From assembly GCF_001194135.2 (NCBI RefSeq), contig NC_068989.1, positions 36,673,538 through 36,737,537 of the forward strand: a stretch of DNA of 64,000 nucleotides. Reading direction: 5' to 3'. The stretch comes from Octopus bimaculoides (lineage: Eukaryota). The notes under the pieces are model-generated. The model made no database searches, was not told the origin of the DNA, and worked only from the letters and a program-made list of their open reading frames with translations. Numbering within the stretch: the first letter of the stretch is position 1; every line of letters starts with the position of its first letter. Shown one piece after another: positions 40,911 through 52,445 of this stretch. A program made the translations under genes and the position numbers.

Positions 40911-41429
40911 AAATTGGTGAGGTGTGAATTCATTATTCCCCTTATATTTTATTTTCTGGGTTAACCATCCATATGAAGGCTGCAGTATTATTTTCCATCT
41001 AGTATCAGTAAATTTCATTATCAAGTATATTGCAAACTTCCCAGATTTTCTTTAAGAGTGGTAGCAGTAGTGTACACAAAAGTATTAGTATTCCAGTAGT
41101 TAACATCACATGATTCTATGTGTTCCCTAGCAACATCTTCAATAACTTTTAATGTTTGAGCATTTGGAGATTTCTTTAATCTTACTGAGAATGGCCTGTT
41201 TGATGACATTTTGAAACAAGTAGAAAATTCTTGAATGCATTATGATTTCAAAATGTTTCTAAGTTGAATATATTCCATAGTTGTCTCAGTTGAATCAGTT
41301 ACATGTGGAGATATAATTTAGTGATGGTAGTAGTGGTTTGTTTGTGTTTTTTTTGTATGTATGTATATATATATATATCTGTGTGGCAATGAATGTATAT
41401 GTTTGTGTGTATGTATGCATGTATGATTT

Positions 41430-42655
41430 TTCTCTAAGGTTTATTTAAATTCTCCTGAAGAGAGTTCAAGCCAGTCACTCACAAAGCAACAAGACTTTTT
41501 GAGTTCAGAGAGTTTCCGGTGTTTGTAAATATGTGGTTGAGATGGTGTGTTGGTTAAACTGTTGATACACACCCATCCAAGTGTGTACATCTATTCACAT
41601 TAGAAACTCAGAGGAAGAATTTTTGGAATTACAAATTTTGACTGTGCCACTAATAGATTGGATTTGGAGAACTTGTATCAGTTTCTTTTGTGCTTTCTTT
41701 GTGAAACCAAGTATTTTTAGGTTTTTGTGCAAATTTGTTGGTACATAAACTAATGCACCTATAATGATAGGTACAAACAAGAATTTATAATCAGGGTAAG
41801 AGAGCTGTCACTCCTGTATTAATTTACCATAAATGTTCACTTTTACTTGGACTTTTGCTTGTACAGTCACATCTATTGGGCAGCTGACCTCTGCAACAAT
41901 GCATGACTTTTGTACCCTGTCCTACAAAACAATATCATGTCTGTTATGTTTGACTGAATTGATATTTGTTTTCAAGTGTTCCACCAGTATTTCTGGTTTT
42001 TAAAGGTGTGAATATCTGCAGGTTTTGACATAACCTTTGATGTATGCATCTGGGCAGTCCATCATGTGGATAGCATTGTAAATAGTCTTTGCAACTATAT
42101 CATGCCTCGGGGGCAGGTAGCATCTTGTAAACATTTTGGGGCAGCTACTGCTGATGTTGGTGATATCTTCCACACTGGTATAACAGAGTTGATTTTTTTT
42201 TTATTACAGTGTGGAGGTTTGGTGGTATCTTTGTTTGTCTTGTTTATGAGGTATTTAGCAGCTATATCCTGTTTGTGGATAGTGAAGGCTTATCTTACTA
42301 GGTGGGATGTAATGTATCTAACGTAGACCCTACTCTTTCTGTCGATGCTGCTGTTGCCTTCTAGCTTACAGGATATGTATCCATGCATTGCTTTTTGCTG
42401 GCATGATGCTAGCTTGAGTATGCATGGAGTGTACTCATTTCTTTCTTTACTGTTGAGCAGGTGTTGTCTGAGTGATACAATGCGACATTCAAAGGCTGTT
42501 TGGACTGACCTTATGCCTCTACCTGCACCGCTTCATCTCATATAGATCTTATCAGTGTTGTAATGTGGAAGTTGCCAGTGGTGATCAGTGTCTTTCTGGT
42601 TTTGATGTTCTGACTGTGTATCTCATTGAGTGTCCAATCCAATATCCCAAATGTT
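41430..42655 (-). mobile_element. Second R4/Dong-like copy, 3' portion
   Basis: GAGRGIRSVQTAFECRIVSLRQHL post-RT motif, CP...RHDIVAK zinc-knuckle region, EVSCPIDV, MFVPIIIGALVYVP C-terminus, then 3' UTR and a (CATA)-type tail. Confidence 0.75.
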
Positions 42656-43310
42656 GGTACTAGCACATGTATGAATGTGTGTGTGTGTGTGTGCGTGTAT
42701 GTGTGAGTATGCGTGCATGTGTGTCTATCCCAGAGGAATGTGAAACACAGTCTATACTGACTGGATTTCAACACAGAATGTAGCAGGACCAAAGTAAATA
42801 CTGAAAGATATTAAAAAAACTAAATTACCATGTATAATTACCGGTACTGGTGTCACGTAAAAAGCGCTCAGTCCACTCTGTAAGGTGGTTGGTGTTAGGA
42901 AGGGTATCAAGCCATAACAAAACACGCCAACACAGTGAAGCCTGGTGCAGCCTTTTGCCTAGCCAGCCCCTGTCAAACGATCTAACCCATGCCAGCATGG
43001 AAAACGAATGTTAAATGATGATGATGACGATGGTGAATTACCAAGAGTCATGCAAAAGAATAGAAAATTTAGTGGAAACATGTTTAATGTAATTATTATT
43101 GAAAACAACTGGCATTACAAATAATTAGCATTGAAATATAAATAGTACCTAAATATGTAATTAAAATACTTATGAAGTGAGAAAAAGACATTACTTCAAT
43201 AACTAATATTATTACAAGTGCAGCGTGGAAGATGTTTATAAGCCATTTAAGAACAAACAAAAATCCATTAGATTCACTTCAACATTTATATTTAATTTGT
43301 CAAAATATTT

Positions 43311-44387
43311 GGTTAATGTTTACATCTTGACCTGGAAATGAAAATCAAAAAAAAAAAAAAAATACTGGAATGGGTGTAAATCAATGTGTAGGAAATGAGT
43401 ATGAAAAAAAAAATGCGCGCAAAGCAACGGGAGGGTGGGGAGAGGACTTCGGAAAATTCACAAGATCCGAGCTTTTCCCTCACAACTTTTAGGAAAGTAG
43501 GTTTTTTTTCAATGAAATTTTATAGAAATACCTTTCAAACGGCATACATTACGATTATAAAGAAGTTTGTGGGGAAAATCCTTTCCAAGGGGGTGAGGAG
43601 AGGACTTCGAAAANNNNNNNNNNNNNNNNNNNNNNNNNNNNNNNNNNNNNNNNNNNNNNNNNNNNNNNNNNNNNNNNNNNNNNNNNNNNNNNNNNNNNNN
43701 NNNNNNNNNNNNNNNNNNNNNNNNNNNNNNNNNNNNNNNNNNNNNNNNNNNNNNNNNNNNNNNNNNNNNNNNNNNNNNNNNNNNNNNNNNNNNNNNNNNN
43801 NNNNNNNNNNNNNNNNNNNNNNNNNNNNNNNNNNNNNNNNNNNNNNNNNNNNNNNNNNNNNNNNNNNNNNNNNNNNNNNNNNNNNNNNNNNNNNNNNNNN
43901 NNNNNNNNNNNNNNNNNNNNNNNNNNNNNNNNNNNNNNNNNNNNNNNNNNNNNNNNNNNNNNNNNNNNNNNNNNNNNNNAATTTCTTTATAATCGTAATG
44001 TATGCCCTTTGAGATTTCCTTGAAATTTCATTGAAAAAAGCCCCCATTTTCCCAAAAGTTATGAGGGAAAAACTCGGATTTTGTGAATTTTCCGAAGTCC
44101 TCTCCTCACCCCCTTGGAATAGATTTTCCCCACAAATTTCTTTATAATCGTAATGTATGCCGTTTGAAAGGTATTTCTATAAAATTTCATTGAAAAAAAA
44201 CTCATTTTCCTAAAAGTTACGAGGGAAAAACTCGGATCTTGTGAATTTTCCGAAGTCCTCTCCCCACCCTCCCGTTGCTTTGCGCGCATTTTTTTGTTCA
44301 TATTCGTTTCCTACACATTGTTTTACACACATTCCAGTATTTTTCTTTTTGGATTTTCATTTCCGGCTCAAGATGTAAACATTAAAC
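43311..44387. mobile_element. Foldback-type element with long modular TIRs and 8-bp TSD AAATATTT
   Basis: 43311-43613 is the reverse complement of about 44090-44387; termini GGTTAATGTTTACATCTTGA / TCAAGATGTAAACATTAAAC; TSD at 43303-43310 and 44388-44395; centre in gap. Confidence 0.85.
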
Positions 44388-44399
44388 AAATATTTTCGT

Positions 44400-45125
44400 C
44401 GCTTTGAAACCGCGACCTGTTCACAGATAAAACTTGTTGCTGCATCACATTTAATCATTATGTCAAGTACGGGAGACAACATCGGACACTTTTCGTTCTT
44501 ATTAGACCTCCTCAACAAAACATACCTTTCACAGTACTTACCGATATCTTTTTGAAAGAACGACTGAGTAAATAGACATACAATTAGTATCCAGTCAGGA
44601 ACATAAAAGATGGCATATTAAAAAAAAAATCAAATCACGAAAGTTGATAAAAGATATTTGGTAAAGGTTTCCTCTGTTTTTATAAGTCCACTGTAAATTT
44701 TTACTAAGTTTCAGTGTACAGTCTTCCATAGGTTCAGTCTCTGTCCAATCAGAACAATCGTCTTGTTATCTGCATATGGCGCTTGCTTCAAACATCAACC
44801 ATCAACCTACTACAATATAACTGACTAAAAGTATTCATATTTCTACATTTTTCTTTTTAAAATTTATTCAGCTCTACTAAGATGACATAATTATAAGTTC
44901 CTGGGATTGTTGATACCTTCATAACTAATTTTTGTGTCTCTTAAATATCCGGGCTACTTTATCGATGATGTGAGAAACAAAACAACACAAAAACACTCAG
45001 GTAACAAAACAAAACCAGGTATGTGTTCACCCTAACTCTATATTAACAATCCAAGAAACAAAACTAAATCAGGTTTATGAACCTAACCGTGCATTCACAA
45101 TGTTCTCTCTCTCTCCCCCTCTTTA

Positions 45126-45175
<50 letters not shown>

Positions 45176-46100
45176 TTCAAAATTGTACAAAAAGAACACA
45201 AAAAGCAAACCAGACAGGTGAGGCAACAACAATCAAGGTGTATTAGTTTGACTAATATATATACAGTTGTATGCTCCGAGGCAAGTTGTGACTTGATAAT
45301 AACTTCTATGGTTTTTATTATATATCTGTTCTGCACAAACCGTATTATTTGTATATATGGCCAAATTGTTAATCCCCAAATCAAACATTTCCGTTGGGTT
45401 ATAAGTATATCGTCTTTATTTTTGTATTGCACCTTCATTTCAAATTATAGATTTATTTACAAAAGATTATTTTTTTGTAAATTAATTTGTAATTAAAACG
45501 GAAACCAAGAAATAATCAAAATACAAATGGAAACACCCTTAAACTGCAAGCCAAGGGAAACTGGTGTTCCCCTCGAAAAGTTTTTACTTATATTGGAGGA
45601 CAATTGAGATTGATGTGAGTGACATTAACCATTTGATCTAAGTAATTTTAATTGGAAGCGTAGTCGAAAAGTTGATATCGATTAAACCGAACTTCAGAAG
45701 ATTTTATACAATTTTAATATTATACCGTTAAGATATCGTTTAACTTATCACAACCATGTTATCGGAAAGGCATTAACACAATTCCTTACTTTATAAATAT
45801 TAGATTTCTGCAAGAAATTATTTATGCTCCAGGTCTTTGTTTATTTTTCTATTATTCTGTTATTATCGGTTGCGAGATGTCCAGTTTTCAAACAATAAAC
45901 ACGCTAACAACAGTAACAACCTGCCTCTAGGTGCTAGAAATAACTGCCAATCAACCTGTCGATCTGTTTATCACTTCCACCTGGTCTTTCAATGACTTTC
46001 TCGGACGGTTTGCTATAAATTCATCGCATGTAATTTTATCAACTGGTAAGTACATCGCACACTAATCACATCACCTGGTATTTCTTTATATTACAAGGTA
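44400..46100. promoter_or_regulatory. CpG-retaining putative bidirectional promoter / first-exon zone
   Basis: Visibly more CpG than the flanks. CCAATCAG at 44745-44752. Plus-strand donors CAG|gtaaca (45001), CAG|gtatgt (45019), CTG|gtaagt (46046). Minus-strand donors TCG|gtaagt (44541) and AAG|gtatgt (44525). Confidence 0.45.
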
Positions 46101-46157
46101 CAAGGTAATCTCAGTGAAAACCAATATATCGCCAGCAAATCCATCGTTACACTCTTA

Positions 46158-47023
46158 TCATCATCATTATCATTTAGCGTCCGCTTCCCATGCTGGTATG
46201 GGTTAAACAAGGGGTTCTCAACCATTAAAGAAAAAATGTTTATCTCTGGATCCCTTTCGTTATCATATTATTCTGGTGGACCCCCATAACCATTTGATGT
46301 TTAAAAATGTTTCATAGATATTTCTTTCAAAATTTCTATTTTGTTTTTCACACATTCACTGGTGTAGGGTGAATTATGTAGAATATTAGAGAAATAATCC
46401 CAGCTGTTTCTTGCGATACATACCAATACATCCATCTGAAGCAAATTTTTTTTAGGAGCCATTAAAATACTATTGTGGATCTCCAATTTACTATTTTGTT
46501 GCATAGACCCCTCCCAAAATCTTATATGGACTCTGGTTGAGAACCACTGGGTTAGACGGTTTGACTGGAACTGGTAAGCCAGAGAGCTGTACTAGGTTCC
46601 AGTCTGATTTTGTCTTTGTTTCTACAGCTGGATGCCCTTCCTACACTCCATTAGTATAGTGGGTGCCTTTTATGTGTCACCAGCCACAACTACGATTTCA
46701 CTTGGCTTGATGAGTCTTCTGAAGCACAACAAGTTGCCATAGGTCTTGATCACTTGTCATCACTTCCATAAGACCCAACATTAGAAGATCATGTTTCACC
46801 ACCTCATCCCATGTCTTCCTGGATCTACCTCTCCCACAGGTTCTCTCCACAGTTAGAGATTGGCACTTATTTACGCAGCTGTCCATATCCATTACATGAT
46901 CATACCTGTGCAGTCATCTCTCTTGCACACCACATCTGATGCCTCTTATGCCCAGTTTTTCTCTCAAGATGCTTACACTCTGTTGTACATGCACACTGAC
47001 ATTATACATCCAGCGAAGCATAC
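46158..47023 (-). mobile_element. RTE LINE 3' fragment interrupted by a hAT MITE
   Basis: RT C-terminus ORF 46698-46892 (CGRGRSRKTWDEVVKHDL), 3' UTR, (GAT) tail near 46160. Confidence 0.85.
46209..46549. mobile_element. hAT-type MITE with 8-bp TSD
   Basis: Termini AAGGGGTTCTCAACC / GGTTGAGAACCACTG; TSD ggttaaac (46201-46208) and ggttagac (46550-46557); removal restores the RTE UTR. Confidence 0.85.
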
Positions 47024-50000
47024 TATGACACCCTATTGCAGACTACCTCGTTGACAAATGACAGGGACCTTCTCTTTGTGGCTGGTGATTTCAATAGACA
47101 TGTTGGACAACATGCAGGGGGCTTCCATGGCGTACATGGAGGCTATGGCTTTGGTTCCCGAAATGAGAAGGGAACCAGACTGTTGGAGTTCTGTGATGCA
47201 AATGATCTTATGGTTTGCAATACCAACTTCAGGAAACCTGCCTGTCACCTAGTCACCTACTGTTCCGACAGACACACTAGCCAAATTGACTACATCCTCG
47301 CCAGAAAAAGGGAAAGAGGACTGCTTATAAATGGCAAAACCTTCCCAGGCGAAGAATGTACCCCTCAACACAGATTAGTAGTTAGCAACTTCGGGATCAG
47401 GGCTAAATGGATGCCCAGAAATAGACCAGCCCAGAGGAGAAGGGTCTGGAAGCTTAAAGATCCTGCAAATGGACAGAGATTTAGAGACATGTTACTCGAA
47501 GCCTTCGCCGAAATAGAAGGGGATATAGCGTCACATAATGTGGAAGACTACTGGAGGTTTCTACAGGACATCCTGCTGAGAGCCACTGACCAGGTCTGTG
47601 GCTGGTGCAAAGTCCCCTCTCGACCCAAAGTAACGTGGTGGTGGAACAATTTGGCTGACAGGGCTATTAGACAAAAGAAACAGGCTTGGAAGGACTGGAA
47701 GAACGGTGGTAGCAGGGAATTGTATCAAACTGCCAAAAGGGAAGCTAGGAGACAGGTTTACTTAGCCAGAGGAGAAGCAGATAAGAAAAAAAATTGCCAA
47801 TGTTTTGCGCCATGAGGACCAAAGACTTGAGGTATTTCATGTTGCAAGACAGTGTGAGAGAATTGTGATGTACGAGAGAAATGTGTCCGAATGGATGATG
47901 GCTCACTTGGACTAAACGAAGCTGCAAAGAGAGAGGTTTGGAGACGCCACTATGAAAGGTTGCTTAATAAAGAGAATGAATGGGAGAAAGAGAGTCTGCC
48001 GAATGTCAACCCAACAGAGGGACCAGCTATCTTAATTGACAGTACCTTGGTATATAAAGCAATCAAGAGTATGAAGACAGGGAAAGTCCCCGGCCCATCT
48101 GGAATCACCGCAGAGATGCTCAAAATCTCTGGCAGTGTCGGCTATAGCCTAGTCACCCGTATAGTTAACCACGTGATACACAAATGAGTCATACCCGATG
48201 ACTGGTGTAGCAGCACCATAGTCAGCTGCTACAAAGGTAAAGGTGATGCTTTAGACACAAACAATTACAGAGGTATCAAGTTGTTGGACCAGGTAATGAA
48301 GGTCATGAAGAGGATCATAGCCTAACTAATTAGGGAGCGAGTCAGTTTAGATGAGGTGCAGTTTGGGTTCGTGCCAGAGAAAAGCACCAGTAATGCTATA
48401 TTTCTGGTAAGACAGCTGCAGGAGAAATACTTAGCCAAAGATAAACCTCTGTACCTGGCTTTCATTGACATGGAAAAAGCCTTTGACAGGGTGCCCTGCT
48501 CCCTTATCTGGTGATCAATGAGGAAACTAGGGATAGATGAATGGTTAGTGAGAGCTGTGCAAGCCATGTACAAGGACACTGTCAGTAAGGTGAGGGTTGG
48601 CAGCAAGTACAGTGAAGAATTCCGGATAGAGGTAGGGGTCCACCAATGTTCAGTCCTCAGCCCCCTCCTATTTATCATAGTCCTCCAGGCAATAACAGAG
48701 GAATTCAAGACAGGTTGCCCCTGGGAGCTCCTCTATGCTGATGACATATCTCTAATTGCTGAGTCACTATCAGAACTAGAGGAGAAGTTTCAGGTGTGGA
48801 AGCAAGGATTAGAATCGAAGAGTCTTAGAGTCAACCTAGCTAAAACCAAAGTCCTAATAAGTAGGAAGGTAGACAAACCACAAACCCCTTCAGGTAGATG
48901 GTCCTGCTCGATCTGTAGAAAAGGTGAAGGTAGAAACTCTATAAGATGTACCCAGTGTAAGCTATGGGCACATAAGAGGTGCAGCAATATGAAAGGAAGG
49001 CTAACTAGCAAGATAGTTTTTGTATGTGGCAGATGCTCAGGAGCAATAAACACTGAAAATGTGCAGAGAAATACTTCTGCCACATTCCAGGGAGAAAAAC
49101 TAGAAGTAGTTGATAGCTTCCATTACCTAGTCAGTAGTGGGGGAGGGGGCACTGAAAGTGTAGCTGCTAGAATAATAGCCTGGGCAAAGTTCAGAGAGCT
49201 CTTACCTCTGATGGTGACAAAGGGCCTCTTGCTCAGAGTAAAAGGCAGACTGCATGACGCATGTGTACGAACAGCCATGCTACATGGCAGTGAAACATGG
49301 GCCATGACTGCTGAGGACATGCGTAAGCTCGCAAGGAATGAAGCCAGTATACTCCGATGGATGTGTAATGTCAGTGTGCATACTTGACAGAGTGTAAGTT
49401 CCTTGAGAGAAAAGTTGAACCTAAGAAGCATCAGTTGTGGTGTGCAAGAGAGATGATTACGCTGGTATGGTCATGTGGCAAGAACGGGTGAGGATAGCTG
49501 TGTGAAAAAGTACCACAGCCTAGCAGTTGAGAGTACCTGTGAAAGAGGTAGACCCAGGAAGACCTGGGCTGAGGTGGTGAAGCACGACCTTCAAACATTA
49601 GGCCTCACCGAGGCAATGACTAGTGACAGAGACCTGTGGAAGTATGCGGTGTGTGAGAAGACCCAGCAAGACAAGTGAGATCATAACCTGTGGCCTTTAC
49701 CAGGGGTGTGGCCTTTCCTTCATTGGACACAAAACCCTGCTTGCGAAGAGCTGTTGAGGCAAGTGAAATCGAGAATTGAACCAAATTCGTTGACTGGCAT
49801 CCATGCCAACCTTCCTTCATTGGACACTAAACTCAGCTTGCGAAGACCTGTTGGAGCAAGTGAGATCGAAACTGAACCAAATTCGATGACTGGCACACGT
49901 GCCAGTGGAGCGCTAACAGCACCGTCTGGGTGGGATCACTGCCAGAGCAGCGGTCTCGCTCTTGTACCAGTGGCACGTAAAAAGCACCATTTGAGCACAA

Positions 50001-50315
50001 TCGTTTCCAGCTTCGCCTTACTGGCAATGGTGCCAGTGGCATGTGAACAAAACATTGGCTGACTCCTGTGCAGGTGGCACGTAAAAAAACACCATTCGAG
50101 CGTGGCTGTTGCCAGTACTGCCAGACTGGCCCTCGTGCTGGTGGCACGTAAAAAGCACCCACTACATTCTTGGAGTGGTTGGCATTAGGAAGGGCATCCA
50201 GCTGAGGAAACTCTGCCAGATCAGATTGGAGTCTGGTATAACCATCCACTTCGCTAGTCCCCAGTCAAATCGTCCAACCCATGCTAGCATGGAAAGCGGA
50301 CATTAAATGATGATG

Positions 50316-50317
<2 letters not shown>
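47024..50317 (+). mobile_element. RTE-clade LINE, 5'-truncated, APE endonuclease (part) + RT + PHD-type finger, inactivated by frameshifts and stops; long 3' UTR with internal duplications and (GAT)n tail
   Basis: VAGDFN, SQIDYIL, QHRLVV (EN); PGPSGI, QFGF, FIDMEKAFDRV, GVHQCSVLSPLLF, LLYADD (48734-48745); ORF pieces 47036-47815, 47891-48187, 48518-49387, 49475-49678. Confidence 0.95.
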
Positions 50318-50346
<29 letters not shown>

Positions 50347-51118
50347 ATGAACTTTTTTCAATTTCTCACTACCAAATCCACTCACAAGGTTTTGGTTTGC
50401 CTGAGGCTATAGAAGACACTTGCCCAACATGCCATGCAGTGGAACTGAACTTAGAACTATGTGGTTGAGAAGCAAACTTACCACACAGCCAGACCTGTTC
50501 AATTCCTGTGCATTATTCTATGTACTGTTTGTGCACTCTTGGCTACTTTTGCTGATGAGTAGTAGTGCACCTGAATATATATATATATGCACAAATGGGC
50601 CCTTAGGCCAGTTTTCTCAATCACCCCCACCCCATCATCTAACAGGACGAAGGGACATAACTCTTATCCTTCCTCCTTTCTTTCCAAGTTTCCTTTTGGT
50701 TTGTTTTTTTTTCTGTTTTGTGTTCACTCTTATTTTTTTACAGAGTACCCATGTTTCTTTGAGCCTGAACGATTGCAGGCTTGAACATGGTGCACTACAT
50801 TCGATTCCTCTACTATCTGAGCATAGCAGTATACATTTACAGTAATCCCTTGCTATATTGTGCCATATTGCGGTTTATTATTTAAGCTTGCGTCGATTCC
50901 TTTGTGGTGTTGTTTTGCATTTATAATAAAATAAATATATGCAAATTGTAAAAATAATTAAAAAAAATACTGTACTGTTTCTACTTCACAAATTTTCACC
51001 TATTGCCCCTATTTTGGAACGTAACACTCGTGATATTTGAGGGATTATTGTAAACGATATCTTATCGCTTGCTGGATGGAGTACTTTTTTGTTCATCTTA
51101 CCAACAACTGAACAGTAC

Positions 51119-51170
<52 letters not shown>

Positions 51171-51205
51171 TAATATACGTGTGCACATGTGTATATATAT
51201 ATTTT

Positions 51206-51312
51206 TATTTAGTAGAAGCAACAGAATTACTCAAGGGTTGAGAGTTTTATGCGTTGGCTGCCAATGCATGAAACTCTCGACTCTTGAGTCACTCTGTTGC
51301 TTCTGCTAAATA
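51206..51312. repeat. Near-perfect palindrome, 52-bp arms, almost no loop
   Basis: Arms 51206-51257 and 51261-51312 differ at 7 of 52 positions. Confidence 0.9.
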
Positions 51313-51852
51313 TTAATGAAAATATACATATACTCATATTTTGAGTTCTATATTTCCTGCTTTTGCATCACCAAACATATATATATAGAACACATGGCCT
51401 AACTTTTAAATGCCATTTGTATTTTCTTTTGATACGTATGCCACCTCTGGAACTAACCTTAGAGTTGGATCCACAGCTTTAATTAGATTTGGTACTAACA
51501 TATTTACAGTATCCTACCAATACTTGATACATCTATTGTTGTGAATTCTGTTATCGTACCTAGCCTTACCTGGCATACTACTGAATCCTTATAAATAATT
51601 TATATATATCCTTTATTAAGGATATTCCTTAACTTTTCCTCTCTGAAAACGGTATAGTTGGCTTGTATGGAAATCTTTACTCAATGACCTATGCACCATA
51701 TGCACAACTATTTTAGAAACAATTGTAAGACACTATGCATTATTTCTGTATCCCTTAGTTGCTCTAACAAGTCTGCAATTATGTTTGAATTATAAATTAC
51801 ATGCTCTGAAGTGATACCATGTGTTTTTCTTGTTCATTTCCCCTTTCTAATA

Positions 51853-51921
<69 letters not shown>

Positions 51922-52377
51922 ACACATACACACATATACATGCACAGTAATTGGGGACAATTAATGCTTGTAATATCACGAGGATCAATGACACCATTCA
52001 GCCAGCTTTGAAACAGATTGAATTCTAGCATTCTGTTTCTTCATGCTTGCATCTGACTTTTAGCTGTGACAGCACTTTATAAATATTTCTTTATTCATTC
52101 ATTTCTCTTGATAGCATTGCTTTAGCTGTTATCTTTTCTTAATCTAAGATGGAATGGAGGTGGAGATGAAGAGGAAGACAACGTGAATTATTTTTACTGT
52201 ATCTAGTTGCAAGCATGGTTGTATGGCTAAGGTGCTTGCTTCTCAACCTTGTAGTTTCAAGTTCAATTCCACTGCATGGCATCTTGGGCAAGTCTTCTAC
52301 TACAGCTGCAGGCTGATCAAAGTTTTGGGAGTGGTGCTGGTCGATGGAAACTGAAAGAAGTTTGTTGTATGTGTGTG

Positions 52378-52445
<68 letters not shown>

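Larger units (their letters stand above)
37870..41240 (-). mobile_element. R4/Dong-like (RLE endonuclease) non-LTR retrotransposon, long decayed copy with nested MITE/SINE at 40253-40915
   Basis: Pre-RT region (41021-41209), RT MDDLKICTK..FSDDIGLEFG (39003-39251), RLE end IEVSCPANVNISLKIKEKKDIY and FMFIPIIIGAFGFV (about 37990-38165). Confidence 0.75.

Noticed and set aside
7089-44047. Long ORFs full of X in the track
   Set aside because: Artefacts of reading through N gaps.
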